38,908 bases of DNA from an uncultured Thermoanaerobaculia bacterium (GTDB taxonomy: Bacteria > Acidobacteriota > Thermoanaerobaculia > Thermoanaerobaculales > Sulfomarinibacteraceae), in NCBI GenBank assembly GCA_964597585.1, contig CAZQYU010000004.1, forward strand, positions 1 to 38,908, read 5' to 3'. A program made the translations under genes and the position numbers. Under the pieces are notes generated by a model. It did no database searches. It saw only the letters and a program-made list of their open reading frames with translations, and was not told where the DNA came from. This document shows positions 25,170 through 34,469 of the stretch, in pieces. Within the stretch, counting starts at the first letter, position 1. Each line of letters begins with the position of its first letter.

Positions 25170-27593
25170 CTAGAAGGTGGTGCCAATCGAAAACTCGAAG
25201 CCATCTCCCTCTTCATCCCTGAAGACGTTGCTGATCGCTTTGCCGTAGATGAACCGGATCGGAGCCTGGAAGATCGGCAGGAAGATACGCAGCTCGGCGC
25301 CCGCGGTCTGGCGGTACGACGAAAGATCCCATCCCTGGGACTCGTCGTAGGTGTTGCCGATGTCGGTGAAGAACACCAGCTTGACCGGTCCGCCGAGCCG
25401 TATCTGGTACTCCAGGTTGCCGACCCAGTAGCGGTCTCCGCCGAGCGCAGAGCCGCCGGTGCTATAGAAGTAGCCGCCGGTCGGGGTGCGCGGCAGCAGC
25501 GAGTACGAGCGCAGACCGCGGATCGAGCGGTCACCGCCCAATCGGTAGCGTTCGTAGATCGGGATCTGCGAGTCGTTGTACACGAAGAACTGCCCGCCCT
25601 CGAGGCGCACGGCGACCACGTTCTTCTTGGTGAGCTGCCTGAACAGCGAGAAGCTCACCTCTGGACGAATGTAGTCGAAGTCGCCGCCGAGCGGGCCGCC
25701 GGCGAAGCGGGGACGGAAGGTGAACCGGGTGCCCCGATTGGGGTCGAAGGGATCGTCCCGGCTGTCGTATGCGAAGCTGGGAGTGATCGACGCCGTCGTG
25801 CCAGAGTAGGTCTCATAGGCCAGCTCCCTGACCACCGGCTCGAGCCCCGGAGGATCCACCGGTCTGACGTGCCCACCGGTCTCGCCGCCGGGCGCGCCGT
25901 TGCGCGAGAGCGCATAGCTCGAGGTCACATCCTCGAGCGAGATCAGTGCCGATACCGAGCTGAACACACCCACCCCGAGGCCGATGGTGAGCGCTCCGCC
26001 ATTGCGCCGCTGGGTGAAGGGGTTGGTGATGTCGGTGTAGCTGAGGTTGGTCCTGTAGACCGAGCCGCCGAGCAGAATCCGCCGGTCAAACAGGTAGGGC
26101 TCGGTGAAGCTCAGGGTGTAGTAGTCGGTGCGCCGGCCGCTCTGCAGAGAGACACCTAATGTCTCGCCTCTTCCGAGGAAGTTGCGGGTATTGAAGACAA
26201 GCTGCCCGAAGAATCCGTCGAGCTCGGAGTAGCCGGCCCCGAACTGGATATCGTTGCGTCCCACCTCGGTGCCCTTGAAGTTGATGTTGACCCGCTTCTT
26301 CTCCTCGTCGAAGGAGAACTCCAGGGGATCGTCCTCGAGCTTGAAGTAGCCGAGAGCGTTCACCTTGTAGACCGAGTTCTTGACCCCGCCCATGCTCATC
26401 ACGCCACCCTCGGCGACCCGGAGCTCCCGCCGCAGCACCTTGTCGCGCGTGACCCGGTTGCCGACGAACTCGGCACGGCCGAGGTAGTAGAGATCTCCCT
26501 CGAACACGTCGATGGTGACGTCGACCACGTGATCGGCGCCCTCGCGGTTGGTCAGCACCTGGTTGACGTAGGAGTAGATGTAGCCGGTGTTCTGGTAGAG
26601 GTCCCGGATCTGCTCCATCCCGTCGTCGATCGCCTTGAACTCGTAGCGCTTGCCGGGCTTGACGTCAAACGCCTTGAGCATCGGCTCGACCTTGAACATG
26701 GTCACGCCCTTGATCGTGATGTCGCCGAGCTTGTAAGGCTCACCCTCCTCCACCGGGATCTTGATCTCGACCCTGTACTTCTTCTTCTTCAGGGTTTCGG
26801 CGTTTGGGCGTTTGGCGACCAGGGTGATCTCGGGTTGCCCGACCTTGACGTCCTTGTAGCCGTGGTTCATGTAGTACTTGCGGAGGTTCTCGCGGTCCTC
26901 GTCCCAGTTGTCCTCGGAAAAGATGATCTTGTCGCCCATGAACCGGTACCAGCTGATCTCCTTGGTCTTCTTGAGGGAACGCCGCAGCCGCCGATCCGAG
27001 AACACGTGATTGCCGACGAACTCGATCTTGCCGATCTTGACCTTGCCGCCCTCTTGGATCGTGTAGACCACCCGCTTCGCCTTCTGACCTGCATCCTCGA
27101 TCCGGTAGGTGACCTGCGCCGAGCGGTAGCCCTCCGCGGCGTACACCTGCAGAAGGGCCGTCTCAATACGGCTCAGACTCGCCATCTTGAGTGGGACGTT
27201 GCGTGGCAGCTCGATTCCCTTCTCGTCGAGCTTGTCCTTCAGCGTCGACGTGGTCAGCTTCTTGTTGCCCTCAAAGACGACCGAAGACACAAAGGGGCGT
27301 TCGTCAACCACCACGTAGAGGTTGACCTTCCCCTCGGGCAGGTCCTCGATGTCGATCCTGAGGTTCTCGAACAGCCCCGAGTCCCACAGCTTCTGGAAGC
27401 CGTCATCGATCGCCTTCCGGTCGAGGATGTCACCCGGCTCGAGCCCGAGGTAGTAGTAGACCGTATCGGCCGTCAGTGTCACGCCGCCCTCGACGATAAT
27501 GTCGGCGATGACGGGTCCCTCGTCATCAGGCGCCGCAGGGACCGGGAGGAGTGCAAGCAGGCACACCACGACCAGCGGTACGAGACGTTTCAC
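25170..27593 (-). CDS. bamA: Outer membrane protein assembly factor BamA
   Basis: Signal peptide, POTRA repeats (FEGNKKL, FVGN..TRDKVLRRE), NFLGRGE, SFTEPY, LGGDRSIRG, terminal FSIGTTF; GTG start with CAGGAG RBS. Confidence 0.96.
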   Translation of the reverse strand: MKRLVPLVVVCLLALLPVPAAPDDEGPVIADIIVEGGVTLTADTVYYYLGLEPGDILDRKAIDDGFQKLWDSGLFENLRIDIEDLPEGKVNLYVVVDERPFVSSVVFEGNKKLTTSTLKDKLDEKGIELPRNVPLKMASLSRIETALLQVYAAEGYRSAQVTYRIEDAGQKAKRVVYTIQEGGKVKIGKIEFVGNHVFSDRRLRRSLKKTKEISWYRFMGDKIIFSEDNWDEDRENLRKYYMNHGYKDVKVGQPEITLVAKRPNAETLKKKKYRVEIKIPVEEGEPYKLGDITIKGVTMFKVEPMLKAFDVKPGKRYEFKAIDDGMEQIRDLYQNTGYIYSYVNQVLTNREGADHVVDVTIDVFEGDLYYLGRAEFVGNRVTRDKVLRRELRVAEGGVMSMGGVKNSVYKVNALGYFKLEDDPLEFSFDEEKKRVNINFKGTEVGRNDIQFGAGYSELDGFFGQLVFNTRNFLGRGETLGVSLQSGRRTDYYTLSFTEPYLFDRRILLGGSVYRTNLSYTDITNPFTQRRNGGALTIGLGVGVFSSVSALISLEDVTSSYALSRNGAPGGETGGHVRPVDPPGLEPVVRELAYETYSGTTASITPSFAYDSRDDPFDPNRGTRFTFRPRFAGGPLGGDFDYIRPEVSFSLFRQLTKKNVVAVRLEGGQFFVYNDSQIPIYERYRLGGDRSIRGLRSYSLLPRTPTGGYFYSTGGSALGGDRYWVGNLEYQIRLGGPVKLVFFTDIGNTYDESQGWDLSSYRQTAGAELRIFLPIFQAPIRFIYGKAISNVFRDEEGDGFEFSIGTTF

Positions 27594-30025
27594 AGATTCT
27601 CCTGGGTATGGGTCACTGTGCTCTTCGCATCGATGACGACGCGATCGTCGACCAGCTGTACCGCGAGGCACGCCGGCAGCGCGAGCCGATGCTCGATCAG
27701 GAAGTCGGCCACGGCATCCTCTACGGCACGCTGGACCAACCTTCGCAGGGGTCTCGCCCCGGCTTGGGGATCGAGCCGGCTGTGCTCGACCAGCCAGGCC
27801 GGCAGGGCCGGGTCGAAGTCAAGCTCGATATTCTGCCGTCTGAGATTTCCCGCGGTGTCCTGGAGCAGCAGCGCGGCGACCCCCAGTAGATGGGTCTCGC
27901 CAAGTGGCTCGAAGACGATCACGTCGTCGAGACGGTTGAGGAACTCGGGCGGAAAGTGGCGACGCAGCTCACGATCGATGACCTCGTGGAGCTGCGCGGA
28001 CGAGATCGGGTCCTTGCGGCTCGCGAAACCGACACTGTCCGCGGCGAGGATGCTACGGCTGCCCAGGTTCGAGGTCATGATGATGAGCGTGTTCGTGAAG
28101 TCGATCACGTTGCCGATGTTGTCAGTCAGCCGGCCATCCTCCAACACCTGCAGCATGAGGTTGTAGATGTCTGGATGGGCCTTCTCGATCTCGTCGAGCA
28201 GCACGACCGAGTACGGATTGCGCCGGACCTGCTCGGAAAGCTGGCCGCCCTCCTCGAAACCGACGTAACCCGGGGGCGAGCCGACCAGCCGAGAGACCGT
28301 GTGTTTCTCCATGTACTCCGACATGTCGAACCGAACCAGGCGGCGGGGGTCCTGGAAGAGGAACTGGGCGAGCTGGCGCGCCACCTCGGTCTTGCCGACC
28401 CCCGAGGGTCCGAGGAAGATGAACGAGCCCATCGGCCGGTTGGGGCTGGTGACACCCAGCCGGCTGCGGCGGATGGCCCGCGCAACGGCTCGGATGGCGT
28501 CGTCCTGGCCGACCACCCGTTGGCGCAGAATCTCCTCCATTCGCCGGAGTCGATCGGCCTCGTCCTCCTTGATGGCGGTAACGGGAATCCCGGTCCAAGA
28601 GGCCACGACCTCCTCGATGTCGCCGCGCACGACGTCTAGCGTCTCCGACGTGCCCTCCGCCTGCGTGCGGTTGAGCATCTCGAGCTCCTCGCGCAGTCGG
28701 AGCTCCTCCTCTCGCAATGAGACGGCCTTCTCAAACTCTTTGCGTGAGATGGCATTCTTCATCCGTCCGACGACCCGGCGGATCTCGGCCTCGACGCGTC
28801 GCAAGGAGGTGGTCGAGCTCACCTGCCGGAGCTTGACCCGGGCGCCGGCCTCGTCGATGACGTCGATCGCCTTGTCCGGGAAGTGCCGGTCGGCAATGTA
28901 GCGACCCGAGAGAGCGACCGCTGACTCGACCGCCTCGTCGCTGAACTGCACACCGTGGAACTCCTCATAACGCGTCTTGACGCCCTGAATGATTGTGATC
29001 GTCTCCGCCTCGGTGGGCTGACGCACGGTGACCGCCTGGAACCGCCTGGACAGGGCGCGGTCCTTTTCGACGTAGCGTCGGTACTCGCGGACAGTCGTCG
29101 CGCCGATGCAGGTGATCTCGCCGCGAGAGAGGGCAGGCTTGAGGATGTTGGCCGCGTCCAGGGAGCCCTCTGCGGAGCCGGTGCCGATCAGGGAGTGGAG
29201 CTCGTCAATGAAGATGATGATCTCGGGGTGCTCGAGAAGCTCCTTGAGCAGACCCTTGAGGCGCTCCTCGAACTGGCCGCGGTACTTGGTACCGGCGACC
29301 AACAGCGACAGGTCGAGCGCAAGAATACGGCGCTCGGCCAAGAGCATCGGCACGTTGCCCTCGACAATCCGGGTCGCCAGGCCCTCGACGATCGCGGTCT
29401 TGCCGACACCGGCCTCGCCGAGCAGGAGCGGGTTGTTCTTGGTCCGCCGGCACAGGATCTGCACCACCCGTTCGACCTCGTCGTTGCGACCGATCAGCGG
29501 ATCAAACGCACCTTCCGCAGCGAGCAGGGTGAGATCGCGCGAGTACTCCGCAAGATGCGGTGTCGCCAGCGCAGAGGCCTGGCGCTCGCGCTCGCGTCCC
29601 CGTCGCGAGACCTCCTCGCGAACCTGGAAGGCGTCGAGCCCGTGCGCCGCGAGGTACTGGGCGGCGCCGCCGTCCTCCGTGCGGAGCAGCCCGAGCAGGA
29701 CGTGCTCGGTGCCGACCTGGGTCTGCCCCATCTGGTCGGCCTCGTGTACGGCGAAAGCGAGGGCCTTCTTCGTGTCCTCGGCAAGCGGCAGATCCGGCGA
29801 GGCCGACGCCTGTTCGAGTGCGACGATCTCGCCGGCAACCTCCTCGCGCAGCTCCTGAACATCGAGCTCGAAGTGCTCGAGCAGCTCCGAGATGCCCTCG
29901 TCGCCCTCGCGCAGAACGCCGAGCAGCAGATGCTCCGGCGTGATCGCACGGCTGCGCGATCGACTGGCTTCGTACCGGGCGAAGAACAGGCTTCGCCGCG
30001 CGTGCTCGTTAAACTTCTCGAACAT
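27590..30025 (-). CDS. clpC: ClpC-like ATP-dependent Clp protease ATPase subunit
   Basis: Two Clp-N repeats ([15 protein letters not shown]), [23 protein letters not shown]-like M domain, [19 protein letters not shown] ClpP-docking loop. Confidence 0.93.
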   Translation of the reverse strand: MFEKFNEHARRSLFFARYEASRSRSRAITPEHLLLGVLREGDEGISELLEHFELDVQELREEVAGEIVALEQASASPDLPLAEDTKKALAFAVHEADQMGQTQVGTEHVLLGLLRTEDGGAAQYLAAHGLDAFQVREEVSRRGRERERQASALATPHLAEYSRDLTLLAAEGAFDPLIGRNDEVERVVQILCRRTKNNPLLLGEAGVGKTAIVEGLATRIVEGNVPMLLAERRILALDLSLLVAGTKYRGQFEERLKGLLKELLEHPEIIIFIDELHSLIGTGSAEGSLDAANILKPALSRGEITCIGATTVREYRRYVEKDRALSRRFQAVTVRQPTEAETITIIQGVKTRYEEFHGVQFSDEAVESAVALSGRYIADRHFPDKAIDVIDEAGARVKLRQVSSTTSLRRVEAEIRRVVGRMKNAISRKEFEKAVSLREEELRLREELEMLNRTQAEGTSETLDVVRGDIEEVVASWTGIPVTAIKEDEADRLRRMEEILRQRVVGQDDAIRAVARAIRRSRLGVTSPNRPMGSFIFLGPSGVGKTEVARQLAQFLFQDPRRLVRFDMSEYMEKHTVSRLVGSPPGYVGFEEGGQLSEQVRRNPYSVVLLDEIEKAHPDIYNLMLQVLEDGRLTDNIGNVIDFTNTLIIMTSNLGSRSILAADSVGFASRKDPISSAQLHEVIDRELRRHFPPEFLNRLDDVIVFEPLGETHLLGVAALLLQDTAGNLRRQNIELDFDPALPAWLVEHSRLDPQAGARPLRRLVQRAVEDAVADFLIEHRLALPACLAVQLVDDRVVIDAKSTVTHTQENL

Positions 30026-30710
30026 GATCGGTTCGGCCGCCTCCAGGTACCAGGCCGACGACCCGGTCGCATCGGCGGGCCATCTCTTCGTTGTGCGTCA
30101 CTATAATTGAAGTAAGACCCTCCAGCAAATGAAGCTCGCGCACCAGTTCGAAGAGCAGTCGGGAGTTCGCGGTGTCGAGGTTTCCGGTCGGCTCGTCGGC
30201 GAGCAGCAGACGGGGACGCATCGAGAGCGCGCGGGCGACCGCGACGCGTTGCTGCTCGCCACCCGAGAGCTGGTCGGGGAAGTGGTCCCTCCGCTCGCTC
30301 AGACCGACACGGTCCAGAAGCTCGGCGGCACGCTGCCGCGCACGGCGGGAGCTCCATCCCGCGATCCGCAGCGGAAGCGCGACGTTGTCCAGTGCGGTCA
30401 GCTCGTCGAGCAGGTGGTGATGCTGGAAGACGAATCCGATCAGCCGATTGCGCAGCGAAGCCCGGTCGTTGACCGAAGCGTCGGTCACGCGTGCGCCCTC
30501 GAGCTCCAGGGTTCCCGCTTCGGGCCGGTCGAGCAGGCCGACGACGTGCAGCAGAGTGCTCTTACCGACCCCCGACGGACCCACGACTGCGAGCAGCTCG
30601 CCCGCTCTCACGTCGAGGTCGAGTCCCCTCAGCACCTCCACGCGGGTCGCGCCGTCGCCGTAGCCTTTGACGACCCCCCGCATGCGGACCATGGTCGCCG
30701 CGTCACTCAT
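30009..30710 (-). CDS. lolD: Lipoprotein-releasing ABC transporter ATPase LolD
   Basis: [49 protein letters not shown]; follows the LolC/E gene. Confidence 0.9.
   Translation of the reverse strand: MSDAATMVRMRGVVKGYGDGATRVEVLRGLDLDVRAGELLAVVGPSGVGKSTLLHVVGLLDRPEAGTLELEGARVTDASVNDRASLRNRLIGFVFQHHHLLDELTALDNVALPLRIAGWSSRRARQRAAELLDRVGLSERRDHFPDQLSGGEQQRVAVARALSMRPRLLLADEPTGNLDTANSRLLFELVRELHLLEGLTSIIVTHNEEMARRCDRVVGLVPGGGRTDHVREV
30100..30128 (-). promoter_or_regulatory. Internal sigma70 promoter inside lolD, upstream of clpC
   Basis: TTGCTG(30128-23)-17 nt-TATAGT(30105-00) in a run of AT-ending codons. Confidence 0.6.
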
Positions 30711-31851
30711 AGCGAAGCCCTTCGGCGGGCTCTCGCCGGGCGACGGCGCGCGCCGGCAGCCAGGACACCAGAACCGAGAGGCCGAGCGCAAACGCGATCA
30801 CGACAGCCACGGTCACCGGGCTGACCGAGAACGGCACGGCCGATACCACGAACACGCCGCGGGGCAGTGGCAGCGCACCGGTGCGGTCGAGGCCGACGGC
30901 GAGCGTGGCACCAATCACCGTTCCGACTGTCGCCGCAGCCGCGCCGATACATGTACCCATCACCAGGAACAGTCGACGCAGTCGCGCCGGGGCAAGGCCG
31001 AGCCCTGCCAGGACCGCGAGGTCCCGCCGCTTTTCAGCCGCGAGCATCGCCACATTGCACAGCAGATTGAGCGCTGCCACGACCAACATCAGGCCGACCG
31101 CCGCAAAGATCATGACCCGCTCGAGGGTGAGCGCGAGCAGCAGTGGACGGTGCAGCTCCTCGAGCCCAGCGACGCGTACGTCCGGCCGGGTCTTCACCAG
31201 GAGGTCGCGGACGCGTCGTCCGAGGCGCCACGGGTCGGCAGGATCGCGAAGAGTGATCGCCTCCACCACGTCGCCACCCCAGAGGATCCTCTGCGCGGTT
31301 GCGAGAGGGACGATCAGACTGCCCGACTCCCGGCCCGGCTCGGGCGCCTGCACAGCGTTCAGGTGCACCCTCGCGCGCACCGGCAGCGGACCCATCGGAG
31401 TCAGCCGCAGGCGGGCCGAGATCACCTCCACGTCGTCACCCGACGCCACCGCCAGACGCACGGCGAGGATCCTGTCGATCGCCGCCTCCGACACGTCAGA
31501 GCGACCGACAAGGGATGCCGGAACGGCATCGCCGCCCGACTCGACAAGGCAGGTTCCCCGAACCGTTTGGACGATCTCTGCATCAGGCAGTTTCGCTTGC
31601 AAGAGCGAGGCCAGCTCGGCGGGATCGGCGAGTCGGCGCCCCTCGCGAGGCTCGATGCGCGCATGGGCGGTCCGCGCCACGAGCTCCGATCGGATACCCG
31701 ACTGGAAACCCTCCAGGAGGGCCAGCACCACGATCAGGGCCAGTACGCCGAGCGTGAGCCCGATGAACGAGATCAGGGTGACAGTGGCGACGTGGGTGCG
31801 GCGGCCGACACCGACGAGGTATCGCCTCGCCAGGTGGAACTCGACCCGCAA
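30703..31851 (-). CDS. Lipoprotein-releasing ABC transporter permease (single LolC/E, LolF-like)
   Basis: [50 protein letters not shown]; MacB/Lol four-TM topology. Confidence 0.88.
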   Translation of the reverse strand: MRVEFHLARRYLVGVGRRTHVATVTLISFIGLTLGVLALIVVLALLEGFQSGIRSELVARTAHARIEPREGRRLADPAELASLLQAKLPDAEIVQTVRGTCLVESGGDAVPASLVGRSDVSEAAIDRILAVRLAVASGDDVEVISARLRLTPMGPLPVRARVHLNAVQAPEPGRESGSLIVPLATAQRILWGGDVVEAITLRDPADPWRLGRRVRDLLVKTRPDVRVAGLEELHRPLLLALTLERVMIFAAVGLMLVVAALNLLCNVAMLAAEKRRDLAVLAGLGLAPARLRRLFLVMGTCIGAAAATVGTVIGATLAVGLDRTGALPLPRGVFVVSAVPFSVSPVTVAVVIAFALGLSVLVSWLPARAVARREPAEGLRYE

Positions 31852-31854
31852 CGG

Positions 31855-33345
31855 TCAGGCTCCCTCACGCGGCCGCAGGAGCGGGAACAGGATGACGTCT
31901 CGAATCGATGTCTGCCCGGTCATCAGCATCACCAGACGGTCGATTCCGATGCCCTCTCCGCCGGTCGGCGGCATGCCGTGCTCAAGGGCAAGGAGAAAGT
32001 CCTCGTCGATCGCACCCCCGGTCAGGGCCGCCTGCTCCTCGAAACGGCGCCGCTGCTCGCTGGGGTCGTTGAGCTCAGTGTAGGCATTCGCGACCTCCAT
32101 GCCTCCGATGAACAGCTCGAACCGCTCGGTCATCTCCGGGTTATCGGATCGCGCCTTCGCCAACGGAGAGATGTCGCGCGGAAAGTCGGTCACAAAGGTC
32201 GGTTGGAGAAGACGGGACTCGGCCGTGACCTCGAACAGCTCCGCGAGCAGCTTCCCGTCGGAGCGCTCCTCAATGCGCTCCACACCGAGGCGCCGGGCCG
32301 CTGCCTCCATCCGGGAACGTTCCCCGAGATCCTCGGGAGCGAGGTCGGAATGCGTGAGAATCGCCTCGCGAAGGGTCAGCCGCCGCCAAGGACGGCGACC
32401 GAGGTCGATGACGTCCCCACCCCAGGGCAGCGTCGTCTCCCCAACCGCCTCCTGTGCGACGCTCGAGAGCAACCCCTCGGTGAACTCCATCAGAAGCTCG
32501 TAGTCGGCGTAGGCCCAGTAGAACTCGAGCATCGTGAACTCTGGATTGTGCCGGGTCGAGATGCCCTCGTTGCGGAAGTTTCGGTTGAGCTCAAAGACCC
32601 GCTCGAAGCCGCCCACGATGAGACGCTTCAGGTACAGCTCGGGCGCGATGCGAAGGTAGAGGTCGAGATCGAGCGCGTTGTGGTGGGTCGTGAACGGCCT
32701 CGCCGTGGCGCCGCCCGCCAAAGGTTGCATCATCGGTGTCTCGACCTCGAGGAAACCCGCACCCTCGAGCAATCTGCGGATTGCGGACACGATCCGGCTC
32801 CGCGTCTCGAAGACCTGCCGGGAGGCCGAGTTCGCAACCAGATCGAGGTAGCGCTGGCGGGCCCGTGCCTCGCGGTCGGCGAGACCGTGGTACTTCTCGG
32901 GCATTGGCCGCAACGCCTTGGCGAGCACGGTCAGATCATGGACCGCGACGCTCAGTTCACCGGACCGCGTTCGAAAGATCGTCCCGTCGATGCCGATGTA
33001 GTCGCCGAGATCGAGCTGCTGCACGATGTTCCACGTCCGCTCGTCGAGGCGATCGCGACGGAGGTAGAGCTGGATCTGCGCGGCGCCGTCGGACACATCG
33101 AGGAAGGAGACCTTTCCGTGCCCGCGCTGCGCCCGAATGCGGCCGGCGACCCGAGCCGTTCGCGGATCCTGGTCCAGTGATTCCGCCGTCGCTTCCTCGA
33201 GATCGCGGCGGAGGGCCTCAACCGAGGTTTCCACGCGGAACCGGCCGGGAAATGGTTCAACACCCAGCGCCCGCAGCGCCTCGAGCTTCGTAGCCCGGTT
33301 CGCGATCAGCTGCTCGATCGGCTGCAGCGTATTGCTGTCGGTCAC
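31855..33345 (-). CDS. lysS: Lysine--tRNA ligase, class II
   Basis: OB-fold RVAGRI, RQRYLDL, EVETPMM, YLRIAPELYLKRL, FRNEG..HNPEFT, EVANAYTELND, GMPPTGGEGIGIDRL; GGAGG RBS. Confidence 0.98.
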   Translation of the reverse strand: MTDSNTLQPIEQLIANRATKLEALRALGVEPFPGRFRVETSVEALRRDLEEATAESLDQDPRTARVAGRIRAQRGHGKVSFLDVSDGAAQIQLYLRRDRLDERTWNIVQQLDLGDYIGIDGTIFRTRSGELSVAVHDLTVLAKALRPMPEKYHGLADREARARQRYLDLVANSASRQVFETRSRIVSAIRRLLEGAGFLEVETPMMQPLAGGATARPFTTHHNALDLDLYLRIAPELYLKRLIVGGFERVFELNRNFRNEGISTRHNPEFTMLEFYWAYADYELLMEFTEGLLSSVAQEAVGETTLPWGGDVIDLGRRPWRRLTLREAILTHSDLAPEDLGERSRMEAAARRLGVERIEERSDGKLLAELFEVTAESRLLQPTFVTDFPRDISPLAKARSDNPEMTERFELFIGGMEVANAYTELNDPSEQRRRFEEQAALTGGAIDEDFLLALEHGMPPTGGEGIGIDRLVMLMTGQTSIRDVILFPLLRPREGA

Positions 33346-33366
33346 TCCAACCTCCCGCGGCGCGGG

Positions 33367-33375
33367 ATTGTACCA
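33367..33375 (-). promoter_or_regulatory. Extended -10 promoter of the lysS-lol-clpC-bam operon
   Basis: TG-G-TACAAT with an AT-rich upstream region (33390-33430). Confidence 0.6.
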
Positions 33376-33468
33376 TGGAACTCGTTCGCAAAGAACTCAG
33401 TAAGTAGGTCCTTTTCAGATATTTATGTGATCTTCACCGCGGCTCTGGAGACCGCGGGGCTCGGGTTC

Positions 33469-34359
33469 TCACCGGGATGGCTGCCGCTTCCCTCTGCGTG
33501 GGGGCTGGCGAACCCGGTCGGAGCGCGTGGGGCCTCGAGCGCCCCGCGACCCTTCGCGAGCCTGTCGGGCACCGCGATCCCGCTGCGGTTTCGCGTCGCG
33601 CTCCGCTGCGGTCGGGGTTGGCGCCGTCGTCCGACGGGTCGCCGCGAGCAGGGCCTTGACCTCCCGCGGCTCCAGCTCTCTGAACTGCCCCGGCTTGAGC
33701 AAGGGCTCCCGGATGGGGCCGATGCCGACCCGCTTCAGACGCTGGACGTGGTGGCCGGAGCGAAAGAAGAGCTCTCGTACCTCGTGGGTCCTGCCCTCTG
33801 TGATCTCGACGCGCCACCAGGTGTTGGATCCGTCGCGCGCGGCACGCTCCCGGCGGGCGCTCAACGGCTTGACCATCTGGCCCTCGATCCGGGTACCGCG
33901 CAACAGCCGACGGAGCTCGTCGTCGGTGAGATCGCTGCGGATTTTCGCCACGTACTCACGCACCACGCCGTACCGGGGATGGGTCACACGAGCCGCGAAC
34001 GCCCCGTCGTTGGTGAGGATCAGGAGCCCCTCGGAATGGTAGTCGAGCCGTCCGACCGGAAATACCCGCTCCCGGACCTCGCCCCCGAGCAGGTCGATCA
34101 CCGTCCTCCGCCCCTCGGGGTCGTCGCAGGTGGTCATGACCTCGCGCGGCTTGTACAACAGAATGTAGCGTGTGGTGTCGGCCGCCTTGAGCATCCGGCC
34201 ATTCACCTTGATGTGGTCGCTTGCCGGATCTGCCTTCTGGCCCAACTCAGCAACCCGACCGTTGACAGTGACCCTGCCGTCGCGGATCAGGTCCTCGGCC
34301 TTTCGCCGCGAGCACAGGCCACACCCGGAGATGATCTTCTGAAGTCGCTCTTCGGCCAT
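33469..34359 (-). CDS. rluB: rRNA pseudouridine synthase, RluB/RsuA family, with a basic C-terminal tail
   Basis: S4 domain ERLQKII...SRRKAE.LI..GRV.VNG, YKP, PVGRLDYHSEGLLILTNDG, EGRTHEVR; GGAGG RBS. Confidence 0.88.
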   Translation of the reverse strand: MAEERLQKIISGCGLCSRRKAEDLIRDGRVTVNGRVAELGQKADPASDHIKVNGRMLKAADTTRYILLYKPREVMTTCDDPEGRRTVIDLLGGEVRERVFPVGRLDYHSEGLLILTNDGAFAARVTHPRYGVVREYVAKIRSDLTDDELRRLLRGTRIEGQMVKPLSARRERAARDGSNTWWRVEITEGRTHEVRELFFRSGHHVQRLKRVGIGPIREPLLKPGQFRELEPREVKALLAATRRTTAPTPTAAERDAKPQRDRGARQAREGSRGARGPTRSDRVRQPPRRGKRQPSR

Positions 34360-34420
34360 GCCTTCCCTCCAGGCCGCAACACCGTGCGGCGGGACGTACC
34401 GCCTCTCGGCGGGCCACCGC

Positions 34421-34462
34421 ACTCTATCATGTGCGCGGTCCCGGTCCGCGGCAAAGTACAAT
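34421..34462. promoter_or_regulatory. Divergent -10 elements for rluB (minus) and the membrane protein gene (plus)
   Basis: TG-A-TAGAGT on minus at 34429-34421; TACAAT on plus at 34457-34462, 7 nt before GTG 34470. Confidence 0.45.
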
Positions 34463-34469
34463 TCCCGCC

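Noticed and set aside
27815-27852. Possible ECF-sigma promoter for bamA inside clpC
   Set aside because: Only a weak GGAAAT...TCGA match; not supportable without TSS data
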